Below are positions 48,076-58,176 of a DNA stretch of 64,000 bases, in pieces. The translations under genes and the position numbers were made by a program. The stretch spans positions 11,952-75,951 of the forward strand of contig JACRBX010000048.1 in the NCBI GenBank assembly GCA_016219225.1, in the 5' to 3' direction. Position 1 is the first letter of the stretch, and the number at the start of each line of letters is the position of its first letter. Below the pieces are notes generated by a model. The model did not search any database. It had not been told where the DNA came from and worked only from the letters and a program-made list of their open reading frames with translations. This DNA comes from Deltaproteobacteria bacterium (lineage in GTDB: Bacteria > Desulfobacterota > RBG-13-43-22).

Positions 48076-49659
48076 TCAGACCGTTTTCGGCGACCCGTAA
48101 CGGTTCCTGAGCACCCGATGAAGGATTTTGCCCGTAGCCGTTCGGGGCATCTCTTCATCGCTTATAAAGTCGATGCTCTTTGGCCGCTTGTATCCGGCGA
48201 TCTTCCCCCGGGCAAAATCGATAATCTCCCGGGCTAAGGCCTCTCCGGTCTCGTAGCCCTCATGAAGCACCACCAGGGCCTTGATGGCCTCCCCCCATTT
48301 TTTATCCGGCAGGCCGATAACGGCCACGTCCTTAACCGCCTCATGCAACCGGAGTATCCCTTCCACCTCGGAAGGATAAACGTTTTCGCCCCCGGTGATG
48401 ATCATATTGGCCTTCCGGTCGACCAGGGTGAGGTACCCCTCCTCGTCCCGTCTGGCCATGTCCCCGGCGGAAAACCACTGGCCTTCAAAGACCTCCCGGG
48501 TCTTTTCTGGATCTTTCCAATATTCCTTAAAGACACAAGGTTCCCGGGTAAATAATTCTCCTACTTCCCCATCCGGAACCTCCCGGCGGTTTTCATCCAG
48601 GAGCCGGAAGCGATCCACTCCGAAAATTTCCCGGCCGATGGAACCGAGTTTCCGCAATTGATCTTCCGGCCGGAGCAGAGTCCCGAGTCCTCCTTCCGTG
48701 CTGCCATAAGCCTCCCAGAGTTCGGCATTTTTGAAATAATCCATAATGGCCAGTTTGAGCGCTTTATCGGCCGGAGCCGAGGAGATCAGCAGTTGCCGAA
48801 TGGAGGTGACATCAGCGTTTTGTTTAACGGGTTCCGGCAAATCCAGGATCATCCGGTAATGGGTGGGAACCAGAGAGGTATAGGTGATCCGATATTGATC
48901 AATGGTCCTGAGCAGATCTTCCGGATCAAAACTTATCCTATTGTAGACAAAGACCGGTGCCGTCACCAGGGTATAGGGGAAGGAGTATTGCAGGGAATTG
49001 ACGTGACACATGGGCATGACCAGCATCACCTTATCCGTAGGCCGGACCCCCATATTGATATTGCTCAACAGATAATGGGCTATATGGCTCTCATGGGTCC
49101 GGACTACTCCTTTGGGCCGGCCGGTTGTGCCCGAGGTATATATGATGTTCCAGACATCATCGCCCTGCACCAGGCCTTCCGGCTCTTCCGGCGAAGACTT
49201 GGACAGAAGCTCTTCATAACCGGTATAGCCTTCCGGCACCGGCCCTTCGCCTAAATAGATATAAGCGTCATTAGGAACCCGGAGCTTGTCCCTGATGCGG
49301 TTGATCCGGTCCACAAATGGGGCTTCGACGATAAGTCCCCGGCATTCCGAATGATTGACGATATATTCGATTTCAGGCCCTTCCAAACGAAACATGACCG
49401 GCACCACCACCTGGCCGCCCTTGGCGCAACCGGCATAGATATCCATCCACTCCCCGCGGTTGTAGGCCAAAACGGCAAAGGTATCTTTATAACCCACACC
49501 CAATCCTTTAAGACCATTGGCCAGACGGTTGGAGCGTTCGCTCCATTCTTGAAAGGTGAATTCCCGGTTGCTGTCCTGCCAGCCCAATTTCTCCGGATAG
49601 TTGAGGGCATTCATCTTTAAAATCGTACCGACGGTGATCCACCGGCTACTGCTCATCAT
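48076..49659 (-). CDS. AMP-dependent acyl-CoA synthetase/ligase
   Basis: YTSGTTGRPKGV motif. The tracked TTG-initiated N-terminus translates the GAAATCC repeat, so the start is moved to MMSSSRW. Confidence 0.8.
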   Translation of the reverse strand: MMSSSRWITVGTILKMNALNYPEKLGWQDSNREFTFQEWSERSNRLANGLKGLGVGYKDTFAVLAYNRGEWMDIYAGCAKGGQVVVPVMFRLEGPEIEYIVNHSECRGLIVEAPFVDRINRIRDKLRVPNDAYIYLGEGPVPEGYTGYEELLSKSSPEEPEGLVQGDDVWNIIYTSGTTGRPKGVVRTHESHIAHYLLSNINMGVRPTDKVMLVMPMCHVNSLQYSFPYTLVTAPVFVYNRISFDPEDLLRTIDQYRITYTSLVPTHYRMILDLPEPVKQNADVTSIRQLLISSAPADKALKLAIMDYFKNAELWEAYGSTEGGLGTLLRPEDQLRKLGSIGREIFGVDRFRLLDENRREVPDGEVGELFTREPCVFKEYWKDPEKTREVFEGQWFSAGDMARRDEEGYLTLVDRKANMIITGGENVYPSEVEGILRLHEAVKDVAVIGLPDKKWGEAIKALVVLHEGYETGEALAREIIDFARGKIAGYKRPKSIDFISDEEMPRTATGKILHRVLRNRYGSPKTV

Positions 49660-49699
49660 AAAAACAGCTCCCATAGAGTTGCAGGTTGCAACTCTATTT

Positions 49700-49745
49700 G
49701 GGTTTCTTTTAAATTCCGAAATCCGAAATCCGAAATCCAAATTCT
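49700..49745. repeat. GAAATCC heptamer tandem array
   Basis: aaattccgaaatccgaaatccgaaatccaaattc. Confidence 0.7.
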
Positions 49746-50682
49746 ATTTTCGAAGATACTTGTCCTCCATGGCCTTGACCAGATTCGTCATGGTACTATA
49801 ATAAGGGGTTGGGATACCCAACTCCCGGGCGTATTCCACGACTTTTCCGCCCAGAAAATCGATTTCCGTGGGGGTCTTATGGGCGACGTCATAGCACATG
49901 GAATCCTTGTGGACCCCTACCTTTTCGAGATAGGCCACGGCCTGTTTCAAGTAATCTTCGCCCAGGTCGTACCCCTTGGCCTTGGCCACGGCCAGCACTT
50001 CCCTAAAACAGCCCTCGGCGATCTCCCGGGTGGGTGGAAAATCCAGGGCTTCTTTGATGGTTTTGTCGGTTACGGCGCAGATAGAGGCCATGGTGCATTT
50101 CATGATCATCTTTTTCCAGACATACAGTTTGATGTCTTCCACGAACTCTGTATCCAAACCACCGGCGGTAAATAATTCCGCCAGGCGCCGCCCCGGTTCC
50201 CTGTCCCCGGGCAGCAGGCTGCCGAGATGATTTGGCTTGTTAAAAAAGGCCATTTCGATCTCCCCCGGCCCTTTTAAGGACACCCCATAATTCAAGGACA
50301 TGCGGAAGGCACTCTCGGCACCGAACCGCTCGCCGATCAAATCTTCCGTCCCCAGGCCGTTATGGGTGCTGATGATCTTGGTTCCCTTCTGAAATACCGC
50401 CTTCAGATCCTCCAACACCCGGGGTAGATGAAAAGTTTTTGTGGCCACAAAAATGACATTCGGACTGAAGCTTTTCAGCATCCCGATCTGTTCGAAAAAA
50501 TGGTGGACCGGGACCTGGTAGGTCACCGCCCCTGAAATTTTGAGGCCTTTTTTTCTTATGGTTTCCCCAAGTTCAGGATTAGGATCTACCAGCATGGTTT
50601 CAGGATCCTGTTTGAGCAGGGCAGCGGCCAAAACAGCCCCCGTTGCCCCAATCCCCACAACGGCTATTCTAAGATTGTCCAT
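49744..50682 (-). CDS. 2-dehydropantoate 2-reductase (PanE/ApbA) family oxidoreductase
   Basis: N-terminus IAVVGIGATGAVLAA; start set at MDNLRI with GAGGTG upstream. Confidence 0.7.
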   Translation of the reverse strand: MDNLRIAVVGIGATGAVLAAALLKQDPETMLVDPNPELGETIRKKGLKISGAVTYQVPVHHFFEQIGMLKSFSPNVIFVATKTFHLPRVLEDLKAVFQKGTKIISTHNGLGTEDLIGERFGAESAFRMSLNYGVSLKGPGEIEMAFFNKPNHLGSLLPGDREPGRRLAELFTAGGLDTEFVEDIKLYVWKKMIMKCTMASICAVTDKTIKEALDFPPTREIAEGCFREVLAVAKAKGYDLGEDYLKQAVAYLEKVGVHKDSMCYDVAHKTPTEIDFLGGKVVEYARELGIPTPYYSTMTNLVKAMEDKYLRK

Positions 50683-50699
50683 GGTACACCTCACTACAG

Positions 50700-50795
50700 A
50701 AAAAAAGGATTCAAGGGGTCGAGGGGCCCAGGATTCAAGTGAAAGGCATGGAATTAAACCCTTGAATCCTTGAATCCTGGAATCCTTGACCCCTA
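50700..50795. repeat. 8-mer tandem array (GATTCAAGG/TTGAATCC family)
   Basis: ggattcaaggggtcgaggggcccaggattcaagtgaaagg...cttgaatccttgaatcctggaatccttgacccc; a near-copy lies at 17740-17940. Confidence 0.7.
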
Positions 50796-52397
50796 TTACT
50801 TTGGCAGATCCTCCGGGGATTCCCAGTCCTTCATGTGGTGCATCCAGGGGGCCCTTTCCACGAAAACGTCATGGGCCAAAGGAACCGGCGGATGGGACTT
50901 CCATTTGGGGTCGAATTCGTTTTTCACCTTGAGCAGGAACTCGTGGTAATTCGGTCCATATTTCGGTCCGGTGAGATAAAGAGGCTGATGGGGACCGAGC
51001 AAAGAGGTGTAATAACGGTTTTTGATGTTCATCTTGGATGTGTCCACGTAGAACTGGTCCACGGCGTTGGTATCATCGTCGGGATCCCAGTAAACCAGAA
51101 ATTCAGAATAGCCCTGGTGGCCCAGTTCGAAGCTCTGGAACCAGCCGGGATCGCCGTAGTCGGGCATCAGAGGCGGGGTGTATTTCTTCTTCAACTCGGC
51201 ATAGGACGGGCCGTGGTCCGGGGACTGGGACAATGTTTCAATGACATAGTCTACTGAGACATAGCCCCCGCACATAAGCCACATACCGGCCGAATCGGCG
51301 TTTTTGATCCAGGACTCATCGGAGGGTTTGGTCCGCCGGGCCTGGCCACCCACCTCATTCATGATGTCCATCAGGACCCGTTCATCATACTCCATCTGTT
51401 CCTCCGAGGTGTAGCCGATCAGAAGGACCCGGACGATAAAAAAGTTGGCTACGGTTTCCTCGTTTTCCTTGCCCCAAAGGTCCCAGAATTCTTCCTTGGA
51501 CTCGGCCTTGGCAATGGCCCGCCAGAAGAGAGGCACTTTAGTAACGGCGCCACCGATCTCGGCATGGCCGATTTCCCTCATGGCCTTTACCTGGGCCTCT
51601 TTGGAAGACACGATGAAATTGATCCACTTGACCCGTTTTTCCGGCAAGGCCAGGGCGGTATTGGGCGAAATACCCGTGGGCTCCAGACGTTCGGGTTGAA
51701 AGGGCAAAGTCTTGATAGCCATGCGGGTGACGATCCCCAGGCAACCCCTCAACCCCGTATAGCCGCGCAGCAGCCCTCTCAAGTCCGGCCCTGGGCCTTC
51801 ACCCCAAAAGGGGTCATCGCCTTCGGCCAGAGAACCCATTTTGAGGAGTTCGCCGTCCGGCATGACAATCTCGGTTCCCAAGATCCGCCGGTGAGGCAGC
51901 CCGATTCGATGGCTTAAGGGCGACCAGCCGTCGCCGATCAGATTGGCAATGGCCGAGGCCTGGGCCCCGCCGCCCCCGATGACCACATAGGCCCCATGTT
52001 TCATGCAGACCTCCTGGATGGGCGAATAGATCATCCCGGGGCCTACCTCTACGTAAAAGTGCTTTTCGTCGAGCACAAAATCGTTCATACGCTTGAGATC
52101 GATCAGCAGGGCATCCTCCACATGGGGATGCGAGCGAGGTCCGTAAAATCCCGTACTGTAGGGTACGTAAGGAATGTCATTACGATAGCAGACCTTGACG
52201 ATCCTCTGGACTTCCGCCGTTGTTTTGGGCAGGATGACACAGCCCGGGATCGTGGTCATGACCCGCTCATATCCCAGACCGGTCTCGTAACCCCCTGGGC
52301 CGCTTCGATAGCCCTCACAGATTACCGGGTCGTTGGAGAGGTACTCAGAACCGACAATGGCTTCCAGGGCTTTATAAATTTCTTTGGCAATGGCCAT
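50796..52397 (-). CDS. FAD-linked oxidase (PCMH-type FAD-binding, GlcD-like)
   Basis: 533 aa with an N-terminal FAD-binding domain. Confidence 0.7.
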   Translation of the reverse strand: MAIAKEIYKALEAIVGSEYLSNDPVICEGYRSGPGGYETGLGYERVMTTIPGCVILPKTTAEVQRIVKVCYRNDIPYVPYSTGFYGPRSHPHVEDALLIDLKRMNDFVLDEKHFYVEVGPGMIYSPIQEVCMKHGAYVVIGGGGAQASAIANLIGDGWSPLSHRIGLPHRRILGTEIVMPDGELLKMGSLAEGDDPFWGEGPGPDLRGLLRGYTGLRGCLGIVTRMAIKTLPFQPERLEPTGISPNTALALPEKRVKWINFIVSSKEAQVKAMREIGHAEIGGAVTKVPLFWRAIAKAESKEEFWDLWGKENEETVANFFIVRVLLIGYTSEEQMEYDERVLMDIMNEVGGQARRTKPSDESWIKNADSAGMWLMCGGYVSVDYVIETLSQSPDHGPSYAELKKKYTPPLMPDYGDPGWFQSFELGHQGYSEFLVYWDPDDDTNAVDQFYVDTSKMNIKNRYYTSLLGPHQPLYLTGPKYGPNYHEFLLKVKNEFDPKWKSHPPVPLAHDVFVERAPWMHHMKDWESPEDLPK

Positions 52398-52569
52398 ATT
52401 AAACCTCCTTTTGATTCAAAAATGGATTGGGCTATAGGCTATAGGCAATGGGCTAAAAGATTCTCTTGATCCTTCTTTCCCTCTCGCCTCGTGCCTCATG
52501 CCTGATTTTCTTTCTTGGGCTTTCAGCTTTGAGATCTTCTCGCCGAACGCTAAACGCCGAACAGTATTT

Positions 52570-53892
52570 TCATCCAATCGCTGCGCAGATCACTTCCGAG
52601 ATGTCCAGGACCTGGACATCGTTGCCGCCGGCTTTAACGGCCTGGGCGAAATTATTCTTGCACCAGGGGCAGGCGGTGACCAGCGTCTCGGCCCCCACAT
52701 CCCGGACCTCTTCCAGACGCTGGTTTGCGGTCCACTGGGCAAAATCCGGAAAGGCCTCCTGTGCCCCACGACCGGCCCCGCAGCAGAAGGCATTTTCCCG
52801 GGTCCTGGGCATTTCCACCAGGTTTACTCCGGGGATGGCCTTGAGGAGGTCTCTGGGCTGAGCATAGATCCCTTTGTCTCCCCGCCGGCGTTTAAGCCTC
52901 GGTTCCACGCAACCCATCCAGCCCCGCTTGCCTTCATAGGGGGTCCAGGGGTCGCTCAAGCGGCTGAGACTGCAGGCATCATGATAGGTCACACGGGTCG
53001 AAAGGGGCTTTTTCATTTTCAACAAGCCATTTTTAACCTTCTCGTCCGCATATTCCACCAGGTGGACCACCTTGAAGCCCAGGTCATCGGTGGAGATATT
53101 AAGCAGTTTCGGATAATCGACCTTCCACATACGGTACCCCTCGGCGCAGCTTAAGAGCAGGGTCTTGGCCCCGGTCTTCCGGACTTCCTCGACATTGCGC
53201 TGGGCCAGGGCCTTGGCCTGGTCGTAAAGGCCTACGGAAAAAATGGTGTTGCCACAGCACCATTCATCGGGCATAAGCATGAAATCCGTACCGGCCGCCT
53301 TGAGGATCCTGGCCGTGGACCGGGCGATTTCTTTGTTCCGGTATGAGGCCGTACAGCCTACAAAATAAAGGACCTCGGCCTTTTCGGCCGGGGTGATCCC
53401 CTCGGAGATCCATTCGGTCCGTTTTCCGTGAGGCGCTCCATAGAGGTTGTGCATCTGGGCGATATTTTCGGCGATCTTCTTGTGGGCCGGCATGGGTCCC
53501 ACGCCGTCCTGGACCGCCTTGACCCTCAGAGATTCCAGGGTAAGCCCGATTTCCAGGTCCAGGTTCCGTTTGCAGCCCACGTCGCAGGCCCCGCACAGAG
53601 TACAGGCATACATAACCTCCAGGGCCTTTTCATTCCAGCCCAGGACCCCTTCGGCCATGGCATGGCCGATGCGCATTTTCCCGTAGGCCCCGTAAGCGTC
53701 AAACTCATACTTGGCCGCGCTGGGACAGCGGGTCATGTGCTTCGTATCGGGCATGTAGGTATGATCCACCCAGGTGCAGCCTTTGCATTTGATGCAGCGG
53801 CTCATGTCATAAACAAAATTCTGGATATCGGTGATATCCAGTTTAAATTCTTCTTTGGGTTTGTAATATCGAAAAGGCATTTCATTAGCCAT
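52570..53892 (-). CDS. (Fe-S)-binding oxidoreductase with CCG domains (GlcF/heterodisulfide-reductase-like)
   Basis: CIKCKGCTWVDH and CTLCGACDVGC ferredoxin motifs plus two CCG-like cysteine clusters; start at MANEMPF with GGGAGGGAG upstream. Confidence 0.8.
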   Translation of the reverse strand: MANEMPFRYYKPKEEFKLDITDIQNFVYDMSRCIKCKGCTWVDHTYMPDTKHMTRCPSAAKYEFDAYGAYGKMRIGHAMAEGVLGWNEKALEVMYACTLCGACDVGCKRNLDLEIGLTLESLRVKAVQDGVGPMPAHKKIAENIAQMHNLYGAPHGKRTEWISEGITPAEKAEVLYFVGCTASYRNKEIARSTARILKAAGTDFMLMPDEWCCGNTIFSVGLYDQAKALAQRNVEEVRKTGAKTLLLSCAEGYRMWKVDYPKLLNISTDDLGFKVVHLVEYADEKVKNGLLKMKKPLSTRVTYHDACSLSRLSDPWTPYEGKRGWMGCVEPRLKRRRGDKGIYAQPRDLLKAIPGVNLVEMPRTRENAFCCGAGRGAQEAFPDFAQWTANQRLEEVRDVGAETLVTACPWCKNNFAQAVKAGGNDVQVLDISEVICAAIG

Positions 53893-53906
53893 GATTTCTC
53901 CCTCCC

Positions 53907-55364
53907 CTAAAAACACAGATTTGAAGGATTCATAATATTGTTCGGGTCAAAAACCTTCTTCAACCGCTTGAGATGAGCGGTATAGGAAGCGGCCCGTTCA
54001 TAAACGATGGGCGCCAGGTCCCCGTAAGGCCGGGTAAAGACGGCCCCCATATTGAGGCAGGCCGTGGCCGCCTCCTGGTAAAGGGCGCGCATAGCAGCCT
54101 TTTCGGCTTCATTTTCCGGATCATAGAAGAAGGTGAACTCCGGCCGGCAGGCCCGGTTATGTTCTATGGGCTGAATGTAGATCCCGATATCTCCGGGAGC
54201 ATATCCATGACCGGCACTGATGGCTGCCAGCTTGTCTACGAATTGCCGGGCCTTTTCCGGCCGGGTGTGGAAAAAGAGCATCTGGGCGGCCCCTTTGACC
54301 TGGTTCTTCCAAAAAGGCCGGTCGGCCGGCCAGGGGTTCCGGAGGATTGTCAGGAGCTTTTCCGGCACCCCGGGGAAACCGGGCAGGGTCTCCCCCAGCC
54401 TCAGGTTGGGGAATTCGTTTTTCAGGACCCCGGCCAGGAAGTTTTCTTCATAGGCGATCTTTTCTTCGGGTCGTCTTTTGAGCCCGCTGATCACCAGAAT
54501 CAGGGTCCAGGGGGGCAGAGCGGCTTTTAATTTTTCAAAGTCCCCGGGCCAATTCTCGGCCAGGATGGCGGCCAGATCCACATTATTCAAGATCAGGACC
54601 TCCTGACCGATCCGGCGCGGCAGGATCCGATACAGAAAATTAATGGCATAATCAAGGTCTTGAACCGGTGCGAAGAGGATCTTGTCCATCCTGGGGATGG
54701 ATTCGATCTTCAGATTCGTCCAGGTCACCACTCCCATGGTCCCCTGGGCGCATTGGAAAAAGCGGTAAAAATCCAGACCCGGCCCCGAGGGATTCCCCCC
54801 CTTGGAGGGAGAGTCGGGATAGCCGTTGACGCTGGCCGAGCCCATCCGAAAGATCTCACCGGTGGGCCAGACCACTTCCATGGCTTCCAGGGGTTCGCCG
54901 TAATCATACACCTGGTTGGTGGGCTCTTCGCGCTCCAGGAAGTCGGTCAGCACGGAGCGTTCGGCCGGAGGGGTTAAAGGCATCAAAACCCGGAAGCCCT
55001 CCTTTTGCAAGGCCCTGGTCATCTGTTCCCAGGTGACGCCGGCTTCGAACCTGACCCGTCGGTTGTCCGGGTCGATTTCCAGGATCCGGTTCATCCTGGA
55101 CATATCCAGGACCAGCCCCCCCTCCTTCGGAATAGTGGCCCCGTAGAAATGGACCTTGGAACTGCAAGGCACCACGGGGATGCTGTTCTCGTTGCAGCAT
55201 TTGATAACCTCGGAGACTTCCTCGGAACTCCCCGGTTTGGCCAGATAATTGGCGGCCCCGGCCGGGGTGTAACTGAAATCGGTCTCATAGGTTAACAACT
55301 GAACAGGGTCATCGGAGAAATTTTCAGTTCCAACGACTTGGGATAATTTCGTTTTAATGTCCAC
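53907..55364 (-). CDS. FAD-linked oxidase (GlcD/D-lactate dehydrogenase-like)
   Basis: 485 aa with an FAD-binding PCMH domain. Confidence 0.7.
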   Translation of the reverse strand: MDIKTKLSQVVGTENFSDDPVQLLTYETDFSYTPAGAANYLAKPGSSEEVSEVIKCCNENSIPVVPCSSKVHFYGATIPKEGGLVLDMSRMNRILEIDPDNRRVRFEAGVTWEQMTRALQKEGFRVLMPLTPPAERSVLTDFLEREEPTNQVYDYGEPLEAMEVVWPTGEIFRMGSASVNGYPDSPSKGGNPSGPGLDFYRFFQCAQGTMGVVTWTNLKIESIPRMDKILFAPVQDLDYAINFLYRILPRRIGQEVLILNNVDLAAILAENWPGDFEKLKAALPPWTLILVISGLKRRPEEKIAYEENFLAGVLKNEFPNLRLGETLPGFPGVPEKLLTILRNPWPADRPFWKNQVKGAAQMLFFHTRPEKARQFVDKLAAISAGHGYAPGDIGIYIQPIEHNRACRPEFTFFYDPENEAEKAAMRALYQEAATACLNMGAVFTRPYGDLAPIVYERAASYTAHLKRLKKVFDPNNIMNPSNLCF

Positions 55365-55579
55365 TTTTAACCTCCATGTTTTTATTAATGTTCAAAACAT
55401 AAATAGTATAAGTTTTGATAGTCAATATGTTTAGTATTTTTTCATACCCCAGTCCCAACCCCTTGTCAAGCTTTTTTTTACCCGTTCTGCCACTAAGACA
55501 CGAAGGCGCAAAGAAGGGATATAGAGAATTATTATTTAACCTTTGTGGCTTTGTGACTTGGTGGCTGAACTATTACTTT

Positions 55580-57220
55580 TTACCACGGATCGACGAAAGA
55601 GTGTCCGGTCCCCTTCCTGCCTTCAGCCGGGACGGATCTCAAGCCTTCCAGAAGCCAGCGGCGGGTCTCGGCCGGATCAATTACGGCATCGATTTCGAGA
55701 TGGGAGGCCATATTGATGGCCTTTCCCCTCTCATAGAGTTGGGCAACCAATTTTTCGTAGAGCGCTTCACGCTCCTTGGGATTTTCAATAGCCGCAAGCT
55801 CTTTCTTGTATCCGGCTTTAACCGCGCCTTCCAGCCCCATGCCCCCGAATTCTCCGGTCGGCCAGGCCACCGTGAAGAACGATTCATGAAAGCCCCCCCT
55901 GGCCATAGCCATGGCTCCCAGACCGTATCCCCGGCGTAAAACAACCGTAAAGTACGGTATGGTTAGATGAGCGCCGACAACAAACATACGGCAAACATGG
56001 CGAACCTGGGCCCGTTTCTCGATCTCCGGCCCCACCATGAATCCCGGGGTGTCGCACAAAGACAGTATCGGCAGGCCATGGGCATTGCAAAGCTGCATCA
56101 GGCGCACGGCTTTGTCGGCATCTTCGGCTTCGATAGCTCCGCCCATATGCTTGCAGTTGTTGGCGATCAGACCGAAAGGTCTTCCTTCGATGCGGATCAG
56201 GCCCGTAACCATTCCGGGTCCGAATTGGGGCCGAAGCTCCAGAAACGATCCCGTATCGGCAAGCGTTTTAATCACGGTCCGCACTTCATAAACCCGGCGC
56301 CGGTTTTCCGGCAGCAAGCCCCGCAGAATACCCTGGTCGGCGGCCTCCCAGGGGGAAGTCGTTCCCTGGAAATAAGAAAGATATTGCCTGGCCGCGGCCA
56401 CCATCTCCTGATCATCCGCCACAGCGATATCGACTACGCCGTTTTTGGTCTGCACCTCAATGGGGCCAACCTCCTCCGGTCTGAAAACCCCGAGTCCGCC
56501 GCCTTCAATCATCACCGGTCCGCCCATACCGATATTGGAATTCCTGGTGGCAATAATCACATCGCAGCAGCCGAGCAGGGCTGCATTGCCTGCAAAACAG
56601 GGTCCTGATACGAGGCCTATCATCGGAACCCGGCCGCTGAGTCTGGCGAACAAGGCGAAGGTCGATAAATCCAGCCCTGCCACTACGACCCCGTCGGCAT
56701 CAACATCGCCCGGCCTTCCACCGCCGCCTTCCCCGAAAAAAATCAGGGGCAGGCGCTGCTCATAGGCCAGCTTCAGTATACGATCCTTCTTTTTGTGGTT
56801 AAAATAACCCTGGGTGCCGGCCAGAACGGTATAATCATAGGCCATCACCAGACAGCGGGCCTGGTCATCTCCGCATTGGGAGCCGTTTACCGACCCGATG
56901 CCTGTGATCAGGCCGTCGGCCGGGGTCTTGCTGATGAGGTCTTCCATGGAACGCCGCCCCCGTTGGGCGGCGATGGCGAGTGCGCCGTATTCAATGAAAC
57001 GTCCCGGGTCGCAGAGGTCCTCTATGTTGGCGCGGACCGTGCGCTGGTTTTTTTGCCGCCGCCGGGCCACCGCCTCGGGGCGATTTGCATCAAGGCCGAA
57101 AGAATGGCGCTGGATCACCTCGGCCAGTTCAGGACGTATCGGATGCCGGTCGGTTTTTTTATCAATGGGCGGGCCACTCTTTCCGGCCATCGCTTCTTCT
57201 TTATCTTTAGATGTTTTCAT
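55580..57220 (-). CDS. Acyl-CoA carboxylase carboxyltransferase subunit (PccB/MmdA-like)
   Basis: Both halves of the carboxyltransferase domain are present; start set at MKTSKDK with AGGTG upstream. Confidence 0.8.
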   Translation of the reverse strand: MKTSKDKEEAMAGKSGPPIDKKTDRHPIRPELAEVIQRHSFGLDANRPEAVARRRQKNQRTVRANIEDLCDPGRFIEYGALAIAAQRGRRSMEDLISKTPADGLITGIGSVNGSQCGDDQARCLVMAYDYTVLAGTQGYFNHKKKDRILKLAYEQRLPLIFFGEGGGGRPGDVDADGVVVAGLDLSTFALFARLSGRVPMIGLVSGPCFAGNAALLGCCDVIIATRNSNIGMGGPVMIEGGGLGVFRPEEVGPIEVQTKNGVVDIAVADDQEMVAAARQYLSYFQGTTSPWEAADQGILRGLLPENRRRVYEVRTVIKTLADTGSFLELRPQFGPGMVTGLIRIEGRPFGLIANNCKHMGGAIEAEDADKAVRLMQLCNAHGLPILSLCDTPGFMVGPEIEKRAQVRHVCRMFVVGAHLTIPYFTVVLRRGYGLGAMAMARGGFHESFFTVAWPTGEFGGMGLEGAVKAGYKKELAAIENPKEREALYEKLVAQLYERGKAINMASHLEIDAVIDPAETRRWLLEGLRSVPAEGRKGTGHSFVDPW

Positions 57221-57354
57221 GGGCTGCACCTTTCCCTTAATTCCCTCCGGAGTTTTTCCCGCAAAAGGCAGGAACGGAATTTTAAAAATCTATACCAAGA
57301 AATCCACAAAGTCAAAATGTTTGGACCCGGCGTTTAAAGACAAGAAGCACTGTT

Positions 57355-57545
57355 TCGGGTTGCGAGTTACGAGTTACGGCCCCCCTCCCTCACCTTCCCC
57401 ATCGAGGGGGAGGCCAGGGGTAGGGCACTATGTATCATGAAAAAAGCTTTTGCCGACCCCTGCTCCCCGATCCCGGTCTTCATACTTGCATCTTGCAACT
57501 TGAAACTTGCAACTTCATCTGACTGACCCCTGATCCCCGCCCCCC
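57355..57545. repeat. Cluster of 7-mer arrays (CGAGTTA, CAACTTG, TGATCCCC)
   Basis: gcgagttacgagttacgg; cttgcatcttgcaacttgaaacttgcaacttc; tgacccctgatccccgccccccgatcccc. Confidence 0.65.
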
Positions 57546-57990
57546 GATCCCCGAAGAATCTTATCGGTCAGTTTTTCCGTCTTTCCTGTTCCATGACCCC
57601 TCCTTTGGGGAGAGGAAGCCCAAAAAAAAATCCCCGGCCGGGCATCTGCCGGTCGGGGAACCATTTTTGAACCCCCTCACCGGTCTTTACCTCGAAGACG
57701 TTTTCGTGAGGAGATCCAGGCAGGTTTCCTGACTCAGGGATTATTCTCCCCCTGCCCTTCCCATTCCACCCTCAGCCATCCTCGGGTGAAACAGTGGTTA
57801 TTGCAGGGATTGTACCCCTTTACAGTGGCGGGACCGCGCCGGTCTTTCACCGGCTTCCCTATTGACGTCCTTCTTAAGGACACCTGGATCTAACGCTATT
57901 TAATTAATCAGAATCATCGAGGCTTGTCAATTCCCTTTTTCAGCCTCCCTTTTTCCTTTTGTCTTTCTGTCCCTTCCTAAAAAGGAGCCT

Positions 57991-58021
57991 GTAGGGTGGG
58001 GGCAGCGAAGCGTAACCCACC
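57991..58021. repeat. 31-bp palindromic motif copy 1 (gtagggtggg-N15-aacccacc)
   Basis: Near-identical copies lie at 61986-62016 (inverted) and 62084-62115 (direct). Confidence 0.7.
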
Positions 58022-58176
58022 ACAAAAACAAGGTATTCACTTCATTTTTATATCAGTGGGTGAAACGAAGTTCCACCTGTCTTACAGGAGATCCGTCTCA
58101 GATAAATTTATCTTGAAATAAACTCTGTTATGTATTATTTTTAAATAAAATTTAGTCTAAAGGAGGTGAGGATACC

